Positions 15,001-28,800 of a stretch of DNA of 64,000 bases are shown in pieces (position 1 is the first letter of the stretch; every line of letters starts with the position of its first letter). A program made the translations under genes and the position numbers. This DNA is from Azolla caroliniana (Eukaryota; Plantae; Polypodiophyta), in the NCBI GenBank assembly GCA_043228905.1, contig JBHGNT010000006.1:372001-436000 (forward strand). Reading direction: 5' to 3'. The notes beneath the pieces were generated by a model. That model saw nothing but the letters and a program-made list of their open reading frames with translations. It did no database searches and was not told where the DNA came from.

Positions 15001-18000
15001 AGCTAGCATTGTTAGCTTCGATTCGCATGTTTGAATACAAAAATCCGATGTCACACGAGCCAGGTATGAACATTTTAATTCACCTACTAGCTCTTCTCAA
15101 CTCAGTCCTCAAATTTGGTAATTTCGTCATGTCTCTCGAGCTGAGTTTCAAAATCTTGATTTTTTAATTCTATATGATAGCTAGCGTTGTTAGCTTCGAT
15201 TCGCATGTTTGAACACAAAAATCCGATATCACACGAGCCAGGTATGAACATTTTAATTTACCTACTAGCTCTTCTCAACTCAATCCTCAAATTTGGTAAT
15301 TTCGTCATGTCTCTCGACCTGAGTTTCAAAATCTTGATTTTTTAATTCCATATCATAGCTAGCGTTGTTAGCTTCGATTCGCATGTTTGAACACAAAAAT
15401 CCGATATCACACGAGCCAGGTATGAACATTTTTATTTACTCAAGGGCTCCTCTCAACTCACTCCTCAAATTTTGTAATTACGTCATGTCTATCGACCTGA
15501 GTTTCAAAATCTTGATTTTTTAATTCCATATCATAGCTAGCGTTGTTAGCTTCGATTCGCATGTTTGTACTCAAAAATCCGATATCACACGAGCCAGGTA
15601 TGAACATTTTTATTTACTCAAGGGCTCCTCTCAACTCACTCCTCAAATTTGGTAATTACGTCATGTCTCTCGACCTGAGTTTTAGAATCTTGATTTTTTA
15701 ATTCCATATCATAGCTAGCGTTGTTAGCTTCGATTCGCATGTTTGAACACAAAAATCCGATATCACACGAGCCAGGTATGAACATTTTTATTTACTCAAG
15801 GGCTCCTCTCAACTCACTCCTCAAATTTGGTAATTTCTTCATGTCTCTCGACCTGAGTTTCAAAATCTTGATTTTTTAATTCCATATCATAGCTAGCGTT
15901 GTTAGCTTCGATTCGCATGTTTGAACACAAAAATCCGATATCACACGAGCCAGGTATGAACATTTTTATTTACTCAAGGGCTCCTCTCAACTCACTCCTC
16001 AAATTTTGTAATTACGTCATGTCTCTCGACCTGAGTTTCAAAATATTGATTTTTTAATACCATATCATAGGTAGCGTTGTTAGCTTCGATTCGCATATTT
16101 GTACTCAAAAATCCGATATCACACGAGCCAGGTATGAACATTTTTATTTACCTACTAGCTCTTCTCAACTCACTCCTCAAATTTGGTAATTTCTTCATGT
16201 CTCTCGACCTGAGTTTCAAAATCTTGATTTTTTAATTCCATATCATAGCTAGCGTTGTTAGCTTCGATTCGCATGTTTGAACACAAAAATCCGATATCAC
16301 ACGAGCCAGGTATGAACATTTTTATTTACTCAAGGGCTCCTCTCAACTCACTCCTCAAATTTTGTAATTACGTCATGTCTCTCGACCTGAGTTTCAAAAT
16401 CTTGATTTTTTAATACCATATCATAGCTAGCGTTGTTAGCTTCGATTCGCATATTTGTACACAAAAATCCGATATCACACGAGCCAGGTATGAACATTTT
16501 AATTTACCTACTAGCTCTTCTCAACTCAATCCTCAAATTTGGTAATTTCGTCATGTCTCTCGACCTGAGTTTCAAAATCTTGATTTTTTAATTCCATATC
16601 ATAGCTAGCGTTGTTAGCTTCGATTCGCATGTTTGAATACAAAAATCCGATGTCACACGAGCCAGGTATGAACATTTTAATTCACCTACTAGCTCTTCTC
16701 AAGTCAGTCCTCAAATTTGGTAATTTCGTCATGTCTCTCGAGCTGAGTTTCAAAATCTTGATTTTTTAATTCCATATCATAGCTAGCATTGTTAGCTTCG
16801 ATTCGCATGTTTGAATACAAAAATCCGATGTCACACGAGCCAGGTATGAACATTTTAATTCACCTACTAGCTCTTCTCAACTCAGTCCTCAAATTTGGTA
16901 ATTTCGTCATGTCTCTCGAGCTGAGTTTCAAAATCTTGATTTTTTAATTCTATATGATAGCTAGCGTTGTTAGCTTCGATTCGCATGTTTGAACACAAAA
17001 ATCCGATATCACACGAGCCAGGTATGAACATTTTAATTTACCTACTAGCTCTTCTCAACTCAATCCTCAAATTTGGTAATTTCGTCATGTCTCTCGACCT
17101 GAGTTTCAAAATCTTGATTTTTTAATTCCATATCATAGCTAGCGTTGTTAGCTTCGATTCGCATGTTTGAACACAAAAATTCGATATCACACGAGCCAGG
17201 TATGAACATTTTTATTTACTCAAGGGCTCCTCTCAACTCACTCCTCAAATTTTGTAATTACGTCATGTCTATCGACCTGAGTTTCAAAATCTTGATTTTT
17301 TAATTCCATATCATAGCTAGCGTTGTTAGCTTCGATTCGCATGTTTGTACTCAAAAATCCGATATCACACGAGCCAGGTATGAACATTTTTATTTACTCA
17401 AGGGCTCCTCTCAACTCACTCCTCAAATTTGGTAATTACGTCATGTCTCTCGACCTGAGTTTTAGAATCTTGATTTTTTAATTCCATATCATAGCTAGCG
17501 TTGTTAGCTTCGATTCGCATGTTTGAACACAAAAATCCGATGTCACACGAGCCAGGTATGAACATTTTAATTTACCTACTAGCTCTTCTCAACTCAATCC
17601 TCAAATTTGGTAATTTCGTCATGTCTCTCAACCTGAGTTTCAAAATCTTGATTTTTTAATTCCATATCATAGCTAGCGTTGTTAGCTTCGATTCGCATGT
17701 TTGTACACAAAAATCCGATATCACACGAGCCAGGTATGAACATTTTAATTTACCTACTAGCTCTTCTCAACTCACTCCTCAAATTTGGTAATTTCGTCAT
17801 GTCTCTCGACCTGAGTTTCAAAATCTTGATTTTTTAATTCTATATCATAGCTAGCGTTGTTAGCTTCGATTAGCATATTTGTACTCAAAAATCCGATATC
17901 ACACGACCCAGGTATGAACATTTTAATTTACCTACTAGCTCTTCTCAACTCTCTCCTCCAATTTCGTAATTACGTCATGTCTCTCGACCTGAGTTTCAAA

Positions 18001-21000
18001 ATCTTGATTTTTAATTCCATATCATAGCTAGCGTTGTGAGCTTCGATTCGCATGTTTCAACACAAAAATCCGATATCACACGAGCCAGGTATGAACATTT
18101 TTATTTACCTACTAGCTCTTCTCAACTCACTCCTCAAATTTGGTAATTTCTTCATGTCTCTCGACCTGAGTTTCAAAATCTTGATTTTTTAATTCCATAT
18201 CATAGCTAGCGTTGTTAGCTTCGATTCGCATGTTTGAACACAAAAATCCGATATCACACGAGCCAGGTATGAACATTTTTATTTACTCAAGGGCTCCTCT
18301 CAACTCACTCCTCAAATTTTGTAATTACGTCATGTCTCTCGACCTGAGTTTCAAAATATTGATTTTTTAATACCATATCATAGCTAGCGTTGTTAGCTTC
18401 GATTCGCATATTTGTACTCAAAAATCCGATATCACACGAGCCAGGTATGAACATTTTAATTTACCTACTAGCTCTTCTCAACTCACTCCTCAAATTTCGT
18501 AATTACGTCATGTCTCTCGACCTGAGTTTCAAAATCTTGATTTTTTAATTCCATATCATAGCTAGCGTTGTTAGCTTCGATTCGCATGTTTGAACACAAA
18601 AATCCGATATCACACGAGCCAGGTATGAACATTTTTATTTACTCAAGGGCTCCTCTCAACTCACTCCTCAAATTTGGTAATTTGTTCATGTCTCTCGACC
18701 TGAGTTTCAAAATCTTGATTTTTTAATTCCATATCATAGCTAGCGTTGTTAGCTTCGATTCGCATATTTGTACTCAAAAATCCGATATCACACGAGCCAG
18801 GTATGAACATTTTAATTTACCTACTAGCTCTTCTCAACTCACTCCTCAAATTTCGTAATTACGTCATGTCTCTCGACCTGAGTTTCAGAATCTTGATTTT
18901 TTAATTCCATATCATAGCTAGCGTTGTTAGCTTCGATTCGCATGTTTGAACACAAAAATCCGATATCACACGAGCCAGGTATGAACATTTTAATTTACCT
19001 ACTAGCTCTTCTCAACTCAATCCTCAAATTTGGTAATTTCGTCATGTCTCTCGACCTGAGTTTCAAAATCTTGATTTTTTAATTCCATATCATAGCTAGC
19101 GTTCTTAACTTCGATTCGCATGTTTGTACACAAAAATCCGATATCACACGAGCCAGGTATGAACATTTTAATTTACCTACTAGCTCTTCTCAACTCACTC
19201 TTCAAATTTGGTAATTTCTTCATGTCTCTCGACCTGAGTTTCAAAATCTTGATTTTTTAATTCCATATCATAGCTAGCGTTGTTAGCTTCGATTCGCATG
19301 TTTGAATACAAAAATCCAATGTCACACGAGCCAGGTATGAACATTTTAATTTACCTACTAGCTCTTCTCAACTCAATCCTCAAATTTGGTAATGTCGTCA
19401 TGTCTCTCGACCTGAGTTTCAAAATCTTGATTTTTTAATTCCATATCATAGCTAGCGTTGTTAGCTTCGATTCGCATGTTTGAATACAAAAATCCGATGT
19501 CACACGAGCCAGGTATGAACATTTTAATTCACCTACTAGCTCTTCTCAAGTCAGTCCTCAAATTTGGTAATTTCGTCATGTCTCTCGAGCTGAGTTTCAA
19601 AAGCTTGATTTTTTAATTCCATATCATAGCTAGCATTGTTAGCTTCGATTCGCATGTTTGAATACAAAAATCCGATGTCACACGAGCCAGGTATGAACAT
19701 TTTAATTCACCTACTAGCTCTTCTCAACTCAGTCCTCAAATTTGGTAATTTCGTCATGTCTCTCGAGCTGAGTTTCAAAATCTTGATGTTTTAATTCTAT
19801 ATGATAGCTAGCGTTGTTAGCTTCGATTCGCATGTTTGAACACAAAAATCCGATATCACACGAGCCAGGTATGAACATTTTAATTTACCTACTAGCTCTT
19901 CTCAACTCAATCCTCAAATTTGGTAATTTCGTCATGTCTCTCGACCTGAGTTTCAAAATCTTGATTTTTTAATTCCATATCATAGCTAGCGTTGTTAGCT
20001 TCGATTCGCATGTTTGAACACAAAAATCCGATATCACACGAGCCAGGTATGAACATTTTTATTTACTCAAGGGCTCCTCTCAACTCACTCCTCAAATTTT
20101 GTAATTACGTCATGTCTATCGACCTGAGTTTCAAAATCTTGATTTTTTAATTCCATATCATAGCTAGCGTTGTTAGCTTCGATTCGCATGTTTGTACTCA
20201 AAAATCCGATATCACACGAGCCAGGTATGAACATTTTTATTTACTCAAGGGCTCCTCTCAACTCACTCCTCAAATTTGGTAATTACGTCATGTCTCTCGA
20301 CCTGAGTTTCAAAATCTTGATTTTTTAATTCCATATCATAGCTAGCGTTGTTAGCTTCGATTCGCATGTTTGAACACAAAAATCCGATGTCACACGAGCC
20401 AGGTATGAACATTTTAATTTACCTACTAGCTCTTCTCAACTCAATCCTCAAATTTGGTAATTTCGTCATGTCTCTCAACCTGAGTTTCAAAATCTTGATT
20501 TTTTAATTCCATATCATAGCTAGCGTTGTTAGCTTCGATTCGCATGTTTGTACACAAAAATCCGATATCACACGAGCCAGGTATGAACATTTTAATTTAC
20601 CTACTAGCTCTTCTCAACTCACTCCTCAAATTTGGTAATTTCGTCATGTCTCTCGACCTGAGTTTCAAAATCTTGATTTTTTAATTCCATCTCATAGCTA
20701 GCGTTGTTAGCTTCGATTAGCATATTTGTACTCAAAAATCCGATATCACACGACCCAGGTATGAACATTTTAATTTACCTACTAGCTCTTCTCAACTCTC
20801 TCCTCAAATTTCGTAATTACGTCATGTCTCTCGACCTGAGTTTCAAAATCTTGATTTTTTAATTCCATATCATAGCTAGCGTTGTGAGCTTCGATTCGCA
20901 TGTTTGAACACAAAAATCCGATATCACACGAGCCAGGTATGAACATTTTTATTTACCTACTAGCTCTTCTCAACTCACTCCTCAAATTTGGTAATTTCTT

Positions 21001-24000
21001 CATGTCTCTCGACCTGAGTTTCAAAATCTTGATTTTTTAATTCCATATCATAGCTAGCGTTGTTAGCTTCGATTCGCATGTTTGAACACAAAAATCCGAT
21101 ATCACACGAGCCAGGTATGAACATTTTTATTTACTCAAGGGCTCCTCTCAACTCACTCCTCAAATTTTGTAATTACGTCATGTCTCTCGACCTGAGTTTC
21201 AAAATCTTGATTTTTTAATACCATATCATAGCTAGCGTTGTTAGCTTCGATTCGCATATTTGTACTCAAAAATCCGATATCACACGAGCCAGGTATGAAC
21301 ATTTTAATTTACCTACTAGCTCTTCTCAACTCACTCCTCAAATTTCGTAATTACGTCATGTCTCTCGACCTGAGTTTCAGAATCTTGATTTTTTAATTCC
21401 ATATCATAGCTAGCGTTGTTAGCTTCGATTCGCATGTTTGAACACAAAAATCCGATATCACACGAGCCAGGTATGAACATTTTAATTTACCTACTAGCTC
21501 TTCTCAACTCAATCCTCAAATTTGGTAATTTCGTCATGTCTCTCGACCTGAGTTTCAAAATCTTGATTTTTTAATTCCATATCATAGCTAGCGTTCTTAA
21601 CTTCGATTCGCATGTTTGTACACAAAAATCCGATATCACACGAGCCAGGTATGAACATTTTAATTTACCTACTAGCTCTTCTCAACTCACTCTTCAAATT
21701 TGGTAATTTCTTCATGTCTCTCGACCTGAGTTTCAAAATCTTGATTTTTTAATTCCATATCATAGCTAGCGTTGTTAGCTTCGATTCGCATGTTTGAATA
21801 CAAAAATCCAATGTCACACGAGCCAGGTATGAACATTTTAATTTACCTACTAGCTCTTCTCAACTCAATCCTCAAATTTAGTAATTTCGTCATGTCTCTC
21901 GACCTGAGTTTCAAAATCTTGATTTTTTAATTCCATATCATAGCTAGCGTTGTTAGCTTCGATTCGCATGTTTGAATACAAAAATCCGATGTCACACGAG
22001 CCAGGTATGAACATTTTAATTCACCTACTAGCTCTTCTCAACTCAGTCCTCAAATTTGGTAATTTCGTCATGTCTCAAGAGCTGAGTTTCAAAATCTTGA
22101 TTTTTTAATTCTATATGATAGCTAGCGTTGTTAGCTTCGATTCGCATGTTTGAACACAAAAATCCGATATCACACGAGCCAGGTATGAACATTTTAATTT
22201 ACCTACTAGCTCTTCTCAACTCACTCCTCAAATTTTGTAATTACGTCATGTCTCTCGACCTGAGTTTCAAAATCTTGATTTTTTAATTCCATATCATAGC
22301 TAGCGTTGTTAGCTTCGATTCGCATGTTTGAAAACAAAAATCCAATATCACACGAGCCAGGTATGAACATTTTTATTTACTCAAGGGCTCCTCTCAACTC
22401 ACTCCTCAAATTTTGTAATTACGTCATGTCTATCGACCTGAGTTTCAAAATCTTGATTTTTTAATTCCATATCATAGCTAGCGTTGTTAGCTTCGATTCG
22501 CATGTTTGAACACAAAAATCCGATATCACACGAGCCAGGTATGAACATTTTAATTTACCTACTAGCTCTTCTCAGCTCGCTCCTCAAATTTCGTAATTAC
22601 GTCATGTCTCTCGACTTGAGTTTCAGAATCTTGATTTTTTAATTCCATATCATAGCTAGCGTTGTTAGCTTCGATTCGCATGTTTGAACACAAAAATCCG
22701 ATGTCACACGAGCCAGGTATGAACATTTTATTTTCCTACTAGCTCTTCTCAACTCAATCCTCAAATTTGGTAATTTCGTCATGTCTCTCAACCTGAGTTT
22801 CAAAATCTTGATTTTTTAATTCCATATCATAGCTAGCGTTGTTAGCTTCGATTCGCATGTTTGTACACAAAAATCCGATATCACACGAGCCAGGTATGAA
22901 CATTTTAATTTACCTACTAGCTCTTCTCAACTCACTCCTCAAATTTGGTAATTTCGTCATGTCTCTCGACCTGAGTTTCAAAATCTTGATTTTTTAATTC
23001 CATATCATAGCTAGCGTTGTTAGCTTCGATTAGCATATTTGTACTCAAAAATCCGATATCACACGACCCAGGTATGAACATTTTAATTTACCTACTAGCT
23101 CTTCCCAACTCACTCCTCAAATTTCGTAATTACGTCATGTCTCTCGACCTGAGTTACAAAATCCTGATTTTTTAATTGCATATCATAGCTAGCGTTGTGA
23201 GCTTCGATTCGCATGTTTGAACACAAAAATCCGATATCACACGAGCCAGGTATGAACATTTTTATTTACCTACTAGCTCTTCTCAACTCAATCCTCAAAT
23301 TTGGTAATTTCGTCATGTCTCTCGACCTGAGTTTCAAAATCTTGATTTTTTAATTCCATATCATAGCTAGCGTTGTTAGCTTCGATTCGCATGTTTGAAC
23401 ACAAAAATCCGATATCACACGAGCCAGGTATGAACATTTTTATTTACTCAAGGGCTCCTCTCAACTCACTCCTCAAATTTTTTTAATTACGTCATGTCTC
23501 TCGACCTGAGTTTCAAAATCTTGATTTTTTAATTCCATATTATAGCTAGCGTTGTTAGCTTCGATTCGCATATTTGTACTCAAAAATCCGATATCACACG
23601 AGCCAGGTATGAAGATTTTAATTTATCTACTAGCTCCTCTCAACTAACTCCTCAAATTTGGTAATTTCGTCATGTCTCTCGACTTGAGTTTCAGAATCTT
23701 GATTTTTTAATTCTATATCATAGCTAGCGTTGTTAGCTTCGATTCGCATGTTTGAATATAAAAATCCGATGTCACACGAACCAGGTATGAACATTTTAAT
23801 TTACCTACTAGCTCTTCTCAACTCACTCCTCAAATTTGGTAATTTCGTCATGTCTCTCGACCTGAGTTTCAAAATCTTGATTTTTTAATTCCATATCATA
23901 GCTAGCGTTGATAGCTTCGATTCGCATGTTTGAATACAAAAATCCGATATCACACGAGCCAGGTATGAACATTTTTATTTACTCAAGGGCTCCTCTCAAC

Positions 24001-25850
24001 TCACTCCTCAAATTTTGTAATTACATCATGTCTCTCGACCTGAGTTTCAAAATCTTGATTTTTTAATTCCATATCATAGCTAGCGTTGTTAGCTTCGATT
24101 CGCATATTTATACTCAAAAATTCGATATCACACGACCCAGGTATGAACATTTTAATTTACCTCCTAGCTCTTCTCAACTCAGTCCTCAAATTTGGTAATT
24201 TCGTCATGTCTCTCGACCTGAGTTTCAAAATCTTGATTTTTTAATTCCATATCATAGCTAGCGTTGTTAGCTTCGATTCGCATGTTTGAACACAAAAATC
24301 CGATATCACACGAGCCAGGTATGAACATTTTTATTTACTCAAGGGCTCCTCTCAACTCACTCCTCGAATTTGGTAATTTCGTCATGTCTCTCGACCTGAG
24401 TTTCAGAATCTTGATTTTTTAATTCTATATGATAGCTAGCGTTGTTATCTTCGATTCGCATGTTTGAACACAAAAATCCGATATCACACGAGCCAGGTAT
24501 GAACATTTTAATTTACCTACTAGCTCTTCTCAACGCAATCCTCAAATTTGGTAATTTCGTCATGTCTCTCGACCTGAGTTTCAGAATCTTGATTTTTTAA
24601 TTCTATATGATAGCTAGCGTTGTTATCTTCGATTCGCATGTTTGAACACAAAAATCCGATATCACACGAGCCAGGTATGAACATTTTAATTTACCTACTA
24701 GCTCTTCTCAACTCAATCCTCAAATTTGGTAATTTCGTCATGTCTCTCGACCTGAGTTTCAAAATCTTGATTTTTTAATTCCATATCATAGCTAGCGTTG
24801 TTAGCTTCGATTCGCATGTTTGAACACAAAAATCCGATATCACACGAGCCAGGTATGAACATTTTTATTTACTCAAGGGCTCCTCTCAACTCACTCCTCA
24901 AATTTTGTAATTACGTCATGTCTCTCGACCTGAGTTTCAAAATCTTGATTTCTTAATTCCATATCATAGCTAGCGTTGTTAGCTTCGATTCGCATATTTG
25001 TACTCAAAAATCCGATATCACACGAGCCAGGTATGAACATTTTAATTTACCTACTAGCTCTTCTCAACTCACTCCTCAAATTTCGTAATTACGTCATGTC
25101 TCTGGACCTGAGTTTCAGAATCTTGATTTTTTAATTCCATATCATAGCTAGCGTTGTTAGCTTCGATTCGCATGTTTGTACACAAATATCCGATATCACA
25201 CGAGCCAGGTATGAACATTTTTATTTACCTACTAGCTCTTCTCAACTCACTCCTCAAATTTGGTAATTACGTCATGTCTCTCGAGCTGAGTTTCAAAATC
25301 TTGATTTTTTAATTCCATATCATAGCTAGCGTTGTTAGCTTCGATTCGCATATTTGTACTCAAAAATCTGATATCACACGAGCCAGGTATAAACATTTTA
25401 ATTTACCTACTAGCTCTTCTCAACTCACTCCTCAAATTTCGTAATTACGTCATGTCTCTGGACCTGAGTTTCAGAATCTTGATTTTTTAATTCCATATCA
25501 TAGCTAGCGTTGTTAGCTTCGATTCGCATGTTTGAACACAAAAATCCGATATCACACGAGCCAGGTATGAACATTTTAATTTACCTACTAGGTCTTCTCA
25601 ACTCAATCCTCAAATTTGGTAATTTCGTCATGTCTCTCGACCTGAGTTTCAAAATCTTGATTTTTTAATTCCATATCATTGCTAACGTTCTTAGCTTCGA
25701 TTCGCATGTTTGTACACAAAAATCCGATATCACACGAGCCAGGTATGAACATTTTAATTTACCTACTAGCTCTTCTCAACTCACTCCTCAAATTTGGTAA
25801 TTTCTTCATGTCTCTCGACCTGAGTTTTAGAATCTTGATTTTTTTATTCC
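1..25850. repeat. 178-bp tandem satellite, homogeneous (young) layer, ~145 monomers of two interspersed subtypes
   Basis: TCAACTCA recurs at 1, 179, 357... (period 178). Consensus TCAACTCACTCCTCAAATTTGGTAATTTCGTCATGTCTCTCGACCTGAGTTTCAAAATCTTGATTTTTTAATTCCATATCATAGCTAGCGTTGTTAGCTTCGATTCGCATGTTTGAACACAAAAATCCGATATCACACGAGCCAGGTATGAACATTTTAATTTACCTACTAGCTCTTC. Few differences between neighbours. Right boundary approximate. Confidence 0.98.
5725..18991. repeat. Recent tandem duplication with 6762-bp offset (38 monomers): ~5725-12229 repeated at ~12487-18991
   Basis: Rare variants recur exactly 6762 bp apart: GTGAGC 6291/13053 and 11274/18036; CTAAATC 8031/14793; CATAGGTAG 9309/16071; AAAATTCGAT 10420/17182. 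Confidence 0.88.
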
Positions 25851-28800
25851 ATATCATAGCTAGCGTTATTAGCTTCGATTCGCATGTTTGTACACAAAAA
25901 TCCGATATTACACTCGCCAGATATGAACATTTTCATTTACTCAAGGGCTCCTCTCAACCCACTCGTCAAGGTTGCTAATTTCGTCATGTCTCTCGACCTG
26001 AGTTTCAAAATCTTTATTTTTTAATTTCATATCATAGCTAGCGTTGTTAGCGTCGATTCGCATGTTTGAACACAAAAATCCGATATCACACGAGCCAGGT
26101 ATGAACATTTTAATTTACTCAAGGGCTCCTCTAAACTCCCTCCTCATGTTTGGTAATTTCGTCATGTCTCTCGACCTGAGTTTCATAATCTTGATTTTTT
26201 AATTCCATATCATAGCTAGCATTGTTAGCTTCGATTCACATGTTTGTACACAAAAATCCGATATCACACGAGCCAGGTATGAACATTTTAATTTACTCAA
26301 GGGCTCCTTTGAACTCCCTCCTCATGTTCGGTAATTTCGTCATGTCTGTCGACCTGAGTTTCAAAATCTTGATTTTTAAATTCCATATCATAGCTAGCAT
26401 TGTTAGCTTCGATTCGCATGCTTCAACACAAAAATCCGATATCAAACTCCCCAGGTAGGTACATTTTGATTTACTCAAGGGCTCCTCTCAACTCACTCCT
26501 CATGTTTGCTAATTTCGTCATGTCTCTCGACCTGTATTTCGAAATCTTGATTTTTTAATTCCATATCATAGCTAGCGTTGTTAGCTTCGATTCGCATGTT
26601 TGAACACAAAAATCCGATATCACACGACCCAGGTATGAACATTTTAATTTACCTACTAGCTCTTCCCAACTCACTCCTCAAATTTGGTAATTTCGTCATG
26701 TCTCTCGACCTGAGTTTCAAAATCTTGATTTTTTAATTCCATATCATAGCTAGCGTTATTAGCTTCGATTCGCATGTTTCTACACAAAAATCCGATATCA
26801 CAGTCGCCAGATATGAACATTTTCATTTACTCAAGGGCTCCTCTCAACTCACTCCTCAAATTTGGTAATTTCGTCATGTCTCTCGACCTGAGTTTCAAAA
26901 TCTTGATTTTTTAATTCCATATCATAGCTAGCGTTATTAGCTTTGATTCGCATGTTTGTACACAAAAATCCGATATTACACTCGCCAGATATGAACATTT
27001 TCATTTACTCAAGGGCTCCTCTGAACCCCCTCGTCAAGGTTGCTAATTTCGTCATGTCTCTCAACCTGAGTTTCAAAATCTTGATTTTTAAATTCCATAT
27101 CATAGCCAACGTTGTTAGCTTCGATTCGCATGTTTGAACACAAAAATCCGATATCACACGAGCCAGGTATGAACATTTTAATTTACTCAAGGGCTCCTCT
27201 AAACTCCCTCCTCATGTTTGGTAATTTCGTCATGTCTCTCGACCTGAGTTTCATAATCTTGATTTTTTAATTCCATATCATAGCTAGCGTTGTTAGCTTC
27301 GATTCGCATGCTTCAACACAAAAATCCGATATCAAACTCCCCAGGTAGGTACATTTTGATTTACTCAAGGGCTCCTCTCAACTCACTCCTCATGTTTGCT
27401 AATTTCGTCATGTCTCTCGACCTGTATTTCAAAATCTTGATTTTTTAATTCCATATCATAGCTAGCGTTATTAGCTTCGATTCGCATGTTTCTACACAAA
27501 AATCCGATATCACAGTCGCCAGATATGAACATTTTCATTTAGTCAAGGGCTCCTCTCAACCCCCTCGTCAAGGTTGGTAATTTCGTCATGTCTCTCGACC
27601 TGAGTTTCAAAATCTTGATTTTTTAATTCCATATCATAGCTAGCGTTATTAGCTTCGATTCGCATGTTTGTAGACAAAAATCCGATATTACACTCGCCAG
27701 ATATGAACATTTTCATTTACTCAAGGGCTCCTCTCAACCCCCTCGTCAAGGTTGCTAATTTCGTCATGTCTCTCGACCTGAGTTTCAAAATCTTGATTTT
27801 TTAATTCCATATCATAGCTAGCATTGTTAGCTTCGATTCGCATGTTTGAACACAAAAATCTGATATCACACGAGCCAGGTATGAACATTTTAATTTACTC
27901 AAGGGCTCCTTTGAACTCCCTCCTCATGTTCGGTAATTTCGTCATGTCTGTCGACCTGAGTTTCAAAATCTTGATTTTTAAATTCCATATCATAGCTAGC
28001 ATTGTTAGCTTCGATTCGCATGCTTCAACACAAAAAGCCGATATCAGACTCCCCAGGTATGTACATTTTGATTTACTCAAGGGCTCCTCTCAACTCACTC
28101 CTCATGTTTGCTAATTTCGTCATGTCTCTCGACCTGTGTTTCAAAATCTTGATTTTTTAATTCCATATCATAGCTAGCGTTGTTAGCTTCGATTCGCATG
28201 GTTGAACACAAAAATCCGATATCACAATCGCGAGATATGAACATTTTCATTTACTTAAGGGCTGCTCTCAACTCCCTCGTCAAGGTTGCTAATTTCGTCA
28301 TGTCTCTCGACCTGAGTTTCAAAATCTTGATTTTTTAATTCCATATCATAGCTAGCGTTGTTAGCTTCGATTCGCATGCTTCAACACAAAAATCCGATAT
28401 CACAGTCGCCAGGTATGTACATTTTGATTTACTCAAGGGCTCCTCTCAACTCACTCCTCATGTTTGCTAATTTCGTCATGTCTCTCGACCTGAGTTTCAA
28501 AGTCTTGATTTTTGAATTTCATATCATAGCTAGCATTGTTAGCTTCGATTCGCACGTTTGTACACAAAAATCCGATATCACAGTCGCCAGATATGAACAT
28601 TTTCATTTACTCAAGGGCTCCTCTCAACCCCCTCGTCAAGGTTGCTAATTTCGTCATGTCTCTCGACGTGAGTTTCAAAATCTTGATTTTTTAATTCCAT
28701 ATCATAGCTAGCGTTGTTAGCTTCGATTAGCATATTTGTACTCAAAAATCTGATATCACACGAGCCAGGTATGAACATTTTAATTTACCTACTAGCTCTT

